This document shows, piece after piece, positions 12,164 to 23,826 of a stretch of 64,000 nucleotides of DNA (position 1 is the first letter of the stretch; each line of letters begins with the position of its first letter). The notes below the pieces were generated by a model, which saw only the letters and a program-made list of their open reading frames with translations, searched no databases and had not been told where the DNA came from. The translations under genes were made by a program, and so were the position numbers. The stretch is from Synechococcus sp. (GTDB lineage Bacteria; Cyanobacteriota; Cyanobacteriia; PCC-6307; Cyanobiaceae), in contig JBJBDL010000003.1 in assembly GCA_047285305.1 (NCBI GenBank), positions 1,120,001 to 1,184,000 on the forward strand, in the 5' to 3' direction.

Positions 12164-12424
12164 GTGGTTCGAGGGTTTTACTTGAAACGACTACCGGTGC
12201 TCCTTTCTGTTCTGCTCGTTTCGGCTCCCTCAGCTTTTGCTTGGGAGAGGTTTGACCGCGACGAAGGATATAAAAACTGCGTCGATATGGCTTTAAGAGA
12301 ATGGTTAGACCAGGAGAAATGGAGATCATTGAGCAGGGTTGAGAAGAGCGCCTACAAGTCTTTGGCGCACCAGCGCTGCAGTTCGCCAACTCAGCAACAT
12401 CACTTGAGTGGTGTGGTGAAATAA
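12164..12424 (+). CDS. small secreted hypothetical protein
   Basis: Signal peptide ending AFA; two Cys. Confidence 0.45.
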   Translation: MVRGFYLKRLPVLLSVLLVSAPSAFAWERFDRDEGYKNCVDMALREWLDQEKWRSLSRVEKSAYKSLAHQRCSSPTQQHHLSGVVK

Positions 12425-12594
12425 TATTCAATCCATTTTGAGTTTGGCAGGCGAGATCTGAAGGTTGATGAGAAAGGCGCTCGGCAGCTTTCTTCAATCA
12501 GCTCATTGGCGTTCCACAACTTCCCATTGCGGTGTCTTCAAATCAGCTGCGCTTGGCGCCTGTAGCGGGGTAGGTTTTATGTAGAGGAACAATC

Positions 12595-13020
12595 ATGATG
12601 CCCTCACTCCAACCTTTTCTTGTGTCCCTGCTGCTTGGCACAGCAGCTATGCCGCTCGTTGGCCTTGTAGGCGCAGAAGCCCAAACCGTTTCCCAGCCTG
12701 GTTATTCACGTACTACGCAGTGCTTTCGGGACGAGTACAGGGAGGAATACGTCCCTGGTACAAAAGACAGGCCTGGATACGTACGGAATTGGACTGAAAA
12801 GGTTGAGATTGCCTGCTCTGGTAGCTCGACTCAGTCCTCTACTCAGAAATCCCAAGAAGTGCAAATTGACAATAACGACTGCAGCCAAGGGAGTGTAATT
12901 GGTGGATTGCTTGGAGCCGGACTAGGCGCGGCTTTGTCTAGGGACAAAGGCCGTTGGGTGGGAGTCCCCGTTGGAGCTGCAGCAGGAGCAATGGTTGGCT
13001 GCCAAGTTGATGGTGGCTAA
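12595..13020 (+). CDS. glycine-zipper domain protein
   Basis: Signal peptide; YREEYVPGT..PGYV; DNNDCSQGSVIGGLLGAGLGAALS..GAAAGAMVGC, a type seen in picocyanobacteria and cyanophages. Confidence 0.75.
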   Translation: MMPSLQPFLVSLLLGTAAMPLVGLVGAEAQTVSQPGYSRTTQCFRDEYREEYVPGTKDRPGYVRNWTEKVEIACSGSSTQSSTQKSQEVQIDNNDCSQGSVIGGLLGAGLGAALSRDKGRWVGVPVGAAAGAMVGCQVDGG

Positions 13021-13804
13021 TTGAGTTGACTTTTCACTTGATTCTCAATTGTGTGATGCTTGATATGGCTCTCAATCCACTTAGCCAATGATCGAGTGGT
13101 CCAAGAAAGTTACTAAGAAGATAATGAAGCTATTTGGCATAGGCGAATATTCATGCATGTCACTGACTTTTGCGGACGTGTTGCTGCTTGTATAAGTCGC
13201 AGTGCTCTTTATTTCTTCTTTATGCATCGAAGGGATTTAACCTTCATGCCTCAATGGTTAATTAGAGGTTTTGTGGTGTATCCCCGTAGATAATTTGTGC
13301 AACTATCATCACCAAGCCGGCGATAGGTAGAACGATCGGGACCGGAATCATTTCAAGGATATTCACTAGATGCTTTTTAGAGCGAAGCCGCGCGAATGGG
13401 TCGTAGTGTCACATGCCACTTTTTGAAAGTTCACTTTCAAGAGGCCCCCTACGCAAAGTGTCTTAACTTGATACCTATACCGCCGCTGAGGCTGGACCCT
13501 GCTCAAGAGGCGAGTACGCATACAAGGATGATTGGCTGGTCGCGCACGGGTTGGCTCTGCTGCCTATCTGCCTTACTTACTTGTGATCCATCAAGCACGA
13601 GCTCGCCGAGTGATTGAGCGTGCTGAAGGTGAATCTCTATCGGATCTCGCACCAATATCCTCGATCTAATCAGGGCTTGGGAAGAGTCAAGTGATGACAG
13701 ATGCTCTTCAAGGATCTGCGTAGGGTCCTTGAAGCTGTCTGAGGACAAGCGATGAGCCGTCTACTCACCCCTGTCGCAGTGCACGTCAAGTAGAGATGGT
13801 TGGT

Positions 13805-13894
13805 TTGTGAGGAAAAACGCCTTACGAGGTGGAAACAAGGCCACACTCCCGAGAGGTGTTTTGAAGCCCCTGCCTTTGGCGGGGGCTTCTTTTT
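13805..13894 (+). ncRNA. Yfr2 (Cyano-1)-like small RNA
   Basis: 5' TTGTGAGGAAAAAC..., internal GGAAACA motif, followed by strong intrinsic terminator. Confidence 0.65.
13863..13894 (+). terminator. rho-independent terminator
   Basis: GAAGCCCCTGCC-TTT-GGCGGGGGCTTC followed by T-run. Confidence 0.85.
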
Positions 13895-14860
13895 GGCTAC
13901 TCACTGAAGAATGAGGAGATCCGGGCGGAGACATCGCACCATCGCGTCAGCCCCCTCTATCGGCCGGGCTGACTTCCAACAGCCGTTGCCGAATTAAAGA
14001 TGCGGGACTACGGAACCGCGAGGAGAACGATGTTCGCCCCGAGCGATGCGATCCGTTCCATAACGCTGACGAGGAGTTGTGCAATCCAGTGCAATGCACT
14101 GAATCTTTCCCGTTATTGGAAGACGGGGTTAAGCGCAGAAAGCCAGCCCCATCCACAGTTGCCGTGGGATGGGGGCTGGATTGTCTGCCAGCTACGGGTC
14201 GCTCTCCCGTGCTGCTGCGATGGTTCACTCAGCCGTAAGAGGAGATGTCGCAGGATCCATTGATAGGGAGTCCCCATTGGTGCTGCACACCATTTTTCGG
14301 AGAGCTTTGGGATCAAGGATTTCTTCCGTGAAGGTCCGATAAGCAGGTCGCGATGGCTACAGAAAGTCGTCGTTTGTCCTTCTAGTGCCTATTGATTCAG
14401 TAGCCAATACGAGACATCACGCGATCGTGATAATCACGCTGGTCCCACACCTGCTGGATTCCCTTCTGGCAAGGCAGGCAAATTTCTCATAGCCATAGAC
14501 GTAACCAGCTCAGCCACCAGCAGAAATTTCTGAGGGTCTTTATGTATGAGTAAGGACGCTTTCGCCCCCATGCTCGCGTTGCCTGATGGCTTGCTTGGTA
14601 GGCGGCTGACTTAGTCCTTACGCGCTTTCTTCACTACCAGTCCGGCTTCAACTGCAGTTCTTGCGGCCAATGCCCCCAACCCTCTTAGTCCAACCAACTG
14701 GTTTTGGATTGCTTCTGCAGCTCCGCTCCTTCTCCCAGGACTGCTCCGAGAACGAACCAGGTGCTGGCCACAACAGCAGCTGTTCACGGACGTCATCTGA
14801 CCTTGAGCTGACTGCCCGCTAAGGGTGAATGAGAAGACAAAGCAGTCGAATGTCTTTCCC

Positions 14861-15391
14861 TTATTCCGGCACCACCATTGCTTCTTGAGATTGAGCTGAT
14901 GTACGGGGCGAGGTTGAGTCAGAAGCTGGAGACTGTTCTGGAGGGTTCCCCTCAGTACTTGTCTCAGAGGCCACATCCTCAACCTCCGAAACCGGTTTAT
15001 CAGTCGCTTGATTTACTAAGGACTCAGGTTGAGATGGAGGGGCTGCGACCCTAGTGGAGCAGTCCCGTTTGATTTTTTGGACATCTACTGCAAATTGATT
15101 GGCTGCTCCCCCTGCCAGTAAGGCTTGCGGCATATCTCCTAGTTCCTCCATCAGGACTGAAAATGCTCGGTATCGAGGAACAAGCAAGTCCATCCCTGCA
15201 GTGATCTTTCCGCTGTTGGCACACAGCCCATCGAGGTCAAGGTCTGCGACCTCCTCAAGGCTCTCGTCCACCTCTTCGAGAAGTTCGTTGATCTGCGCTT
15301 GAAGCTTCTCTGCTACCTGAGCGGCTGTCGGCTCCGCGGGCTCACAAGCAGCCAGCAACAGCAGCGGCAGAAGCAGCAGAAGTCTTTTCAT
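14861..15391 (-). CDS. putative lipoprotein
   Basis: MKRLLLLLPLLLLAAC lipobox; low-complexity S/P/E tail. Confidence 0.7.
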   Translation of the reverse strand: MKRLLLLLPLLLLAACEPAEPTAAQVAEKLQAQINELLEEVDESLEEVADLDLDGLCANSGKITAGMDLLVPRYRAFSVLMEELGDMPQALLAGGAANQFAVDVQKIKRDCSTRVAAPPSQPESLVNQATDKPVSEVEDVASETSTEGNPPEQSPASDSTSPRTSAQSQEAMVVPE

Positions 15392-15517
15392 ACCTCTGAT
15401 TGTGCCTTGATCTCGCTTTTGGCGCCCAGCCCATTTGCTTCTGCACTCCGCAGCGGGGAAGGAAGTGGGTCGCCGGATCAGTTGGAGTGCTTAATGCCCA
15501 ACGTGATAGACGTTGGA

Positions 15518-16027
15518 TCACAGTTGGTAGCTGCAGGTTGTTTCCCACTGATCACGACCGCCATAACCGTCGTTTTCCAAGTAGGTCACACGAACATCGA
15601 CACCGTTGATTTCGTTGGCGAGATAGAGATGAGCTACGAAGACATAACTCCCTGGATCCCAGAGAGCCGCTTTGATTGCCTGCTCACAGTTTCGAACTAA
15701 GTCTTGACGCGAAGCGGCCTTCAACCTTTCAGCAGGCTCCACATAAGACTTGAGCTCTTCGCATTTGAAATGTTTGTCTCCTATCCCCGGTTCTGCCTTG
15801 TTGAGTTGGACACGAGTCCAGTCGCACCTCTTGAAGTCAGAGATGATCCCTGCACTCTTGAAATCAAAGTGGGCTTTGCCCTGCTTGTCGGTTAGAGCAG
15901 AAAAAACAGCATCATCTCTAGCCGACTTTGTTGAGAGGAACGAGTCTGCATGGCTGTAGTAAGCCCGAAACCCTAGGCCACTCGCGACAACAAGCAGAGC
16001 CGAGGGAATCCAGTGTCGCCTTCTCAT
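15518..16027 (-). CDS. hypothetical exported protein
   Basis: N-terminal signal/TM; C-terminal CEQAIK..WDPGSY..NDGYGG domain. Confidence 0.6.
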   Translation of the reverse strand: MRRRHWIPSALLVVASGLGFRAYYSHADSFLSTKSARDDAVFSALTDKQGKAHFDFKSAGIISDFKRCDWTRVQLNKAEPGIGDKHFKCEELKSYVEPAERLKAASRQDLVRNCEQAIKAALWDPGSYVFVAHLYLANEINGVDVRVTYLENDGYGGRDQWETTCSYQL

Positions 16028-16298
16028 TGGCCTATTAAGGCCGGAGCCAAGGATGTCAACAGTAGCAATTCAGACCCTCGGCAGGTTCAGTCTCAGTGGT
16101 GGCCTTTTGCAGCAAATGCTTCAGCTGACTGGCCGCGAGTGCAGTCACCAGCGTTGGCGCCTCCAATAAAAACAGCCAAGAACATGATCGCGACGATCAC
16201 GCTGCCAAAGATGTAGGAGATAGGAGGTTTCATATCGATGAAGTTAACGGCGTTATCAGGCCCGGGTTACGTCATTTGATACGTGGCCAGCGTTCAAA

Positions 16299-16568
16299 TC
16301 AGACCCAAGCAGGCTTGGGGCAACGCCTATCAGCAGAAGCTCGGGAATATTCCAGATACTCTTCCAATGGTTTACCTGCATAGATGCAGTGCCGGTAATG
16401 CCCAACCTTCCGGAATAGGAAATCCATCTCCCGCTTCAGGTCACTCACGTTCTGCTCATATGCCTCTTCTGCATACCTCAGCCTGTAGACGGCCTGCACG
16501 TACGCCTCCTCTGCATCTCGCACCTTGTCCTGGGGTGTGAAAGAGTCAAAGTTCTTCCGGAGTGACAT
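16299..16568 (-). CDS. hypothetical protein
   Basis: ATG ORF, protein-like composition, internal AEEAY repeat. Confidence 0.45.
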   Translation of the reverse strand: MSLRKNFDSFTPQDKVRDAEEAYVQAVYRLRYAEEAYEQNVSDLKREMDFLFRKVGHYRHCIYAGKPLEEYLEYSRASADRRCPKPAWV

Positions 16569-17308
16569 GTGTCCAAACCGTTGTGAAAATGATGCCAGCG
16601 GTTTAGACCCTTGGGCAGATGTGAGTCACGAGATCAGCGTTTACCCAGTTGACGACGCCTCAATCGTCTCGCCACCCCTCCCAAACTCCAGTAGAAATTT
16701 CTGAGGCCCGTCTACGTACTGGCATGGACCTGGAAGCCCCCCATGCCCCTCCTGTTTTTGAAATTTCGCAGGACTGGGCAGTGGCTCAGTCCGCTGTACC
16801 AGCATTCCTCCAAGCCAACCCAGCTTCGATTGCAGTGCCTGCTGCCTGCTGCACAAGGGCCATAGAGGAGGGCCGCCCCTCCCAGGTGGAAGAGACGGCC
16901 TAGCTCGCTTGTTCAGGATTGGTCGATCAATTGTTGATCAGCCTCCAGTGGCTACCCCCACAACAACCGTCGCAATAGAAACCACGATGCCTCCCCACTT
17001 CACCCATTCCGTGCCGTGATCATGAGTGTTGGCGAAGAGAAGAGCGCCAAGCTGAAGAACAACAAGCTTTTCGAACATGACAGAAGAGCCAATGGCGACC
17101 TATTTGTAACCGAGAGAACGTGTTCGCACGGTTACATTCTTTTTCAAATTATGTATTGCTTGTTACTTTTTGCGTATTGCCCTGGGTGTCGCCGGCTGAC
17201 TTTGTCGACCAAATTCCGTGGCTGAAGGTGTGGCTAAAGCTTTCTGCTCTCTTTTTTGAAAACTACTGCGCTGCAATCGGTCTGAGCTGTTTCAAGGAGA
17301 AGTGCGTC

Positions 17309-17356
17309 CTAGTTGAAGTACGTCTTTTCCTGCAGGGCAGGGCAGAGGTCGCGCAT
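17309..17356 (-). pseudogene. displaced 5' fragment of the aminotransferase gene (att remnant)
   Basis: Encodes MRDLCPALQEKTYFN then TAG; matches LRSLCPALQNKTYFNY of 5919-7100. Confidence 0.85.
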
Positions 17357-17739
17357 GGTCACGTCAATGGCGTGAGCCAAAGGATCGGTGTCACCACGTT
17401 GGAAGTGGCTTCGTCGCTCTTTGGGATCTTCGCTTCTTGGCCAACGACTCAGGCCCACCTTTTTCTGAACTGTTTTGCAGCTGTTCGTTCCATCTGCCAG
17501 CCCGACCAACGACGCCATTCGATTTCCGCTGCTGTCAGGCATTGATCGGCGAGCGATTCCTTTTGATTGTTCCCGGTGCCAAAGCGGATAGGGCAAGCTG
17601 GACCAGCGTTCACCTCGATCTCCCGATCTGATTCAACCTTGTCGTGCAGGCTGAATGGATGGTGGTTGTATTTGCTACCGAACCAAATTGATCAGTATTT
17701 CAACTCAGCTTGTCGTCCAATCTGTGGGTTTGGGCGACT

Positions 17740-17973
17740 TCAGCTGGCCTTGAGGTACACCTTGCGGCCATTGGCATCCACCTTGTACCGACCCCCCCGT
17801 GGACCGATGTGAATCACATCGGTGGTTGATGTGTTGATCGGGGTTGGCGGCTCCAGAGGTTCCGGCTCAACCTCGGCGGTGGCTGGAATCTCAGGCGTAT
17901 GTGCTTTCAGGTGTGGTGCGGCCTTGAAGATATTCAGCCCGAGCTTGCGATACAGAAAATCTGCAATTCGCAT
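17740..17973 (-). CDS. small protein with C-terminal GPRGG basic adaptor-like motif
   Basis: IHIGPRGGRYKVDANGRKVYL. Confidence 0.65.
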   Translation of the reverse strand: MRIADFLYRKLGLNIFKAAPHLKAHTPEIPATAEVEPEPLEPPTPINTSTTDVIHIGPRGGRYKVDANGRKVYLKAS

Positions 17974-18072
17974 GACGCATTACTGGAACTACCAATTATT
18001 TTCCGGTGATGTCAAGTGTGCTTGATGTGGCTGATCCAATTGCCTAGTTCCCATTGCCTCAATGCTGGTTGT

Positions 18073-18780
18073 CTACGACTCCGAACGACTGCTTTGCACA
18101 TCGGGAAAGTGATCGTTCATGCATTCGGGACAGATGCCATGGCTGAAATTCAGCGTGCTGTGCTGCATCAGGAATCGTTCGATCGGCTGCCAGAACCCTT
18201 CGCTGTCACGGATTGATTTGCAGTAACTGCAGGTGGTGATTAAGCCTTTAGCGTGATGCATCTGACAGAATTCATCCATCAGGGCCAGGGATCGGCGTCT
18301 GAGTTCTAAAAGAGTGGTGGCCTGTTCTGCCAGGCCTTCCATCACCTTGTATTGCGAATTGGTGAGTGATTTGGGAATGCGATCAATCACGCAGAGTGTT
18401 CCAATGCGGTGGTTGATGTCTGTTTTCAGGGGGAAGCCCGCATAAAGCCGGATGTGGGGGTCTTCCTGAACGAGGGGGTTGTCGCGGAATTTCTCATCAA
18501 ACAGCGCGTCCTCAACCACTAGAGGTTTGGAATCGAGGATCGTATGGGCACAGAAGGAGATATCCCGGGCGGTTTCGCGGGCCTCAAGCCCCACCTTCGA
18601 TTTGAACCACTGACGCTTCTCGTCCACCAAGGAGATCAGGGCAATCGGAGATTGGCAGATCTCTGACGCCATCCGGGTGATGTTGTCAAAGGCCTTTTCG
18701 GGCTTGGTTCCCAGGATCCGATATTCACTGAGTGATCTCAGCCTGGCTGCTTCGTTGATCGGCTTGGGTGCTGCCTGCAT
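18073..18780 (-). CDS. GAF domain protein
   Basis: NEAARL..FDNIT..RQWFKS..SFCAHTI..IRLYAGFPL..IGTLCVID; C-terminal CSYCK..W..SHGICPEC. Confidence 0.9.
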   Translation of the reverse strand: MQAAPKPINEAARLRSLSEYRILGTKPEKAFDNITRMASEICQSPIALISLVDEKRQWFKSKVGLEARETARDISFCAHTILDSKPLVVEDALFDEKFRDNPLVQEDPHIRLYAGFPLKTDINHRIGTLCVIDRIPKSLTNSQYKVMEGLAEQATTLLELRRRSLALMDEFCQMHHAKGLITTCSYCKSIRDSEGFWQPIERFLMQHSTLNFSHGICPECMNDHFPDVQSSRSES

Positions 18781-18884
18781 CGGCCCACCTCACTTGGTCT
18801 GCCAATGGTCTAAGGCATCATTGTTTTATTTTCTGTAAATGTGCTGTGCGAAAAATTTAGCTTTGTGGATTTCACTTTCTTCGA

Positions 18885-19187
18885 TTAATTAATTCTTGGA
18901 GTTGCCTCATAGAGCCACACGCTGCGGCCATCCCTGAGGGTCGCGCTGCTGCGTTGATACACATCAGGCACCTCCTCCCAATCATCCAAGGCCGACAAAC
19001 AACGCTCGGGTACTAAGTACACCTCTCCTGAAATGGCCCCATTGCCCCGATGCAGCATCGGATAGCCCCGGTGCTGCATCTCGATGAAGCCGTCAACGAT
19101 GCCGTCGTGGTCTCGTTTGGCGCCCTTCAGCAAGTGATGGGCGCTGCCGTTGCTTTTTAGTGATCCGTAGACGAAGAGGCGCTTCAG
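18885..19187 (-). CDS. gamma-glutamylcyclotransferase family protein
   Basis: [19 protein letters not shown] motifs; start appears to be CTG overlapping the nfuA stop. Confidence 0.75.
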   Translation of the reverse strand: MKRLFVYGSLKSNGSAHHLLKGAKRDHDGIVDGFIEMQHRGYPMLHRGNGAISGEVYLVPERCLSALDDWEEVPDVYQRSSATLRDGRSVWLYEATPRIN

Positions 19188-19429
19188 AGCACCTGCACCA
19201 CTTCACTCACTTCGGGGATCGACTCGCGCATCTTGCGTTCGATGCCCATCTTCAAGGTCATCGTGCTGCTGGGGCAGCTGCCGCAGGCTCCCTGCAGTCT
19301 CACCTTCACGATCGGGCCGTCCAGTTCCACCACTTCAACATTGCCGCCGTCGGCCATCAGGAAGGGGCGCAGCTCATCGAGCACCTTCTCCACGTTCTCA
19401 AGCGTGAGGGCCATGGTTTCAGTGCTCAT
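19184..19429 (-). CDS. nfuA: NifU/NfuA Fe-S scaffold
   Basis: [23 protein letters not shown]. Confidence 0.93.
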   Translation of the reverse strand: MSTETMALTLENVEKVLDELRPFLMADGGNVEVVELDGPIVKVRLQGACGSCPSSTMTLKMGIERKMRESIPEVSEVVQVL

Positions 19430-19479
19430 CGGGATGAACCGAACATCAAGGTTTCAAGGTTACGGAGTGGCCCCATAGG

Positions 19480-21018
19480 GTGACGAGAGCGGTTAACCCT
19501 CCAGCTCCGGTGCAGCACGACGGTTCGTTCAACCCAGAGGCCCGATACGACGCCGTGCTGGTGGGCGCTGGAATCATGAGTGCCACTCTGGCGGCGCTGT
19601 TGCATGAACTCGACCCGCAGTTGCGAATTCTTCTGGCGGAGCGCCTTGAAGCGCCTGCTCTGGAGAGCACCGCAGCGGTCAACAATGCCGGCACCGGCCA
19701 TGCCGCCAACTGCGAGCTGAACTACTCCCCGATGCAGGCGGATGGCACCGTCGCGACGGCCAAAGCTGTGGCGATCAATGCCTCGTTTGAACGCAGCCTG
19801 GAGTTCTGGAGCTCGCTGCAGGAGCGGGGCGATCTCGACACCAGCAGCTTCCTCCACCAGGCGGCTCACATCAGCGCCGTGTGGACGCCGGAGAACATCG
19901 CCTTTCTGCGTCAGCGCTTCAGCCAACTGAAAGACCTACCGGCCTTTGCACGGATGCGCTGGAGCGAAGACCAGGGCGAGCTCACCGAATGGATGCCCCT
20001 GGTGATGGCGGGCCGCGATCTCAAGCAGCCGGTGGCGGCCACCCGTATTGATCGGGGAACCGACGTGGATTTCGGCACCCTCACCCGGGCCTATCTGATG
20101 CCCTTGCAGAAGAGCGGAGCGCTCAGCGTGGAGTACGGCACCCAGGTTCAAGACCTAAAACGCCTGCGTCGCAGCGACATGACCGAGGCCGACTGGCGAG
20201 TGGTGCTTAACGGGCCCTCCGGGAAAAAAGAAGTGCGTGCCCCCTTTGTCTTCCTTGGTGCCGGGGGTGGTGCTCTACCGCTGCTGCAACGATCGGGGAT
20301 TCCGGAGGCGGCTGATTTTGCGGGCTTTCCGGTGAGTGGCCTCTGGTTGGTTTGCGGTGATGCTCAGCTGGCCGAACGCCAGCGGGCCAAGGTCTATGGC
20401 AAGGCGGCGGTGGGGGCCCCGCCGATGTCGGTGCCCCACCTCGACACCCGCTGGATCGATGGCACGCGGTCGCTGCTGTTCGGCCCCTTTGCCGGCTTCA
20501 GCAGCAAGTTCCTCAAGCGGGGTTCCCTGTTGGACCTTCCCGCTTCCGTGAGGGCCACCAATTTGCTGCCCATGCTTCAGGTGGGGGCCACTAATTTTGA
20601 ATTGGTGCAGTATTTGATCAATCAGCTGCGCCAGAGCCCAGCAGAGCGGCATGAGGCGCTGCAGCAGTTCATGCCCACCGCCCGCGCTGAAGACTGGACC
20701 CTCTCGGTGGCGGGCCAGCGGGTTCAGATCATCAAACGCAGCAAGCAGGGTGGACGGCTGCAGCTGGGAACCGAGGTAGTGGCCTCCGGTGATGGCTCCC
20801 TGGCGGCGCTGCTGGGGGCCTCCCCGGGAGCGAGCACAGCTGTGACGATCATGTTGGAGGTGCTGCAGCGCTGCTTCAAGCAACGGCTCGATAGCGAGGC
20901 CTGGCAGCAGCGTCTGCAAGCGCTGTTGCCCAGCATCCAAGAAGATCCTCAGCAGGATCCGCAGGTGCTGCAGCGGATGCGGGAGCGCAGCGATGCCTTG
21001 CTGGGGCTCACCCCATGA
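19480..21018 (+). CDS. mqo: malate:quinone oxidoreductase
   Basis: VGAGIMSATL, NNAGTGHAANCELNY, PPMSVPHLD, LLGASPGAS. Confidence 0.95.
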   Translation: MTRAVNPPAPVQHDGSFNPEARYDAVLVGAGIMSATLAALLHELDPQLRILLAERLEAPALESTAAVNNAGTGHAANCELNYSPMQADGTVATAKAVAINASFERSLEFWSSLQERGDLDTSSFLHQAAHISAVWTPENIAFLRQRFSQLKDLPAFARMRWSEDQGELTEWMPLVMAGRDLKQPVAATRIDRGTDVDFGTLTRAYLMPLQKSGALSVEYGTQVQDLKRLRRSDMTEADWRVVLNGPSGKKEVRAPFVFLGAGGGALPLLQRSGIPEAADFAGFPVSGLWLVCGDAQLAERQRAKVYGKAAVGAPPMSVPHLDTRWIDGTRSLLFGPFAGFSSKFLKRGSLLDLPASVRATNLLPMLQVGATNFELVQYLINQLRQSPAERHEALQQFMPTARAEDWTLSVAGQRVQIIKRSKQGGRLQLGTEVVASGDGSLAALLGASPGASTAVTIMLEVLQRCFKQRLDSEAWQQRLQALLPSIQEDPQQDPQVLQRMRERSDALLGLTP

Positions 21019-21021
21019 GGC

Positions 21022-21342
21022 TCATTCCCCCAGATTCACCAGCACCACACCGGCGGTGATCAGGCCGATCCCGATCAACTGGGCGGGCTGCAGCATTTGG
21101 CTGTAGGCAAAACGCCCTACCAGCACTATTACCACGGTGCCGATGCCGCTCCACAGGGCATAGGTGATCCCTAGAGGGATGCTCAGTACCACCTTGGAGA
21201 GCAGGGCCATCGCAAGGGCATAGGCGCTGAACACCAGCAGGGTGGGCAGCGGTCGGGTCATGCCTTCCGACAACCTCAGGCAGGAGGTTCCGATTATTTC
21301 AGCGCTGATCGCCAACAGCAGCAGGGTCCAGGGATTGCTCAT
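21022..21342 (-). CDS. SMR/DMT family small multidrug efflux transporter
   Basis: LAISAEIIGT, YALWSGIG, four TM segments. Confidence 0.9.
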   Translation of the reverse strand: MSNPWTLLLLAISAEIIGTSCLRLSEGMTRPLPTLLVFSAYALAMALLSKVVLSIPLGITYALWSGIGTVVIVLVGRFAYSQMLQPAQLIGIGLITAGVVLVNLGE

Positions 21343-21413
21343 GAGCACTGGTGCCGCTCCTTAGGATTGTGACGACGACGCTTTCTGGACCCGAGACGGG
21401 ATTCCGCCGCTGC

Positions 21414-23234
<1,821 letters not shown>

Positions 23235-23348
23235 ATTCCCTAAGTCGGGCACCAGCCTTGGGCTGGGATCGCAGGTGTGGTGCTTACTTCTGTCTTCAGA
23301 GATGAGTGGCTACTGGTGCTGTAGTCGACCTGAATCAGATTTGTATTG

Positions 23349-23722
23349 CTAACGAGGGTTCCAATCGTCCGGGGTTACTTCGATTTCTCGTAACGCAGTG
23401 CCGAAATCAACCGTGCGCTGTAAATCCGGCTCACGGCCGGGGTTGGTGGCCATGGCGGTTTGGATGGCGGCGTGCGAAAGGGATCGGTGGCTGCGGGGCC
23501 GCAGCAGCGTTCCGGTCTTGTCTTCGATCCAGAGACTGTTGTTGGCACTGGAGTGGAACAGCAACCCCTGTTCAAGCCGCGCTGGGTCGTTTTGCCGGCC
23601 ACGGATGGCTTCGTCGCGGAGCGCGATGCTTGGCTGGCCAACTGCTGGTCGTTGGCCAGCAGATTGCGCTGACCGCTTAACAGGCCCACCGATGAGGCCC
23701 CGGTGAAGCCGAGGAAGACCAC
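23349..23722 (-). pseudogene. possible degraded exported-protein gene
   Basis: Two overlapping minus-strand ORFs in different frames in an intergenic gap; weak SH3-like impression only. Confidence 0.25.
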
Positions 23723-23826
23723 CAGATATGTGGCCAGCTGCAGCTGGCCTTGCAGGCTGCCCAGCAGCCGTTGTCGCCAGCGCTAATGGGACGCCATGGC
23801 TTCATTCTTCCGCGGTTCGGGAGACA

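Larger units (their letters stand above)
7039..17341. mobile_element. genomic island 1, integrated in the 5' end of the aminotransferase gene
   Basis: Flanking imperfect 32-nt direct repeat (7039-7070, 17310-17341); integrase remnant at left edge; lower GC and short orphan ORFs. Confidence 0.8.
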
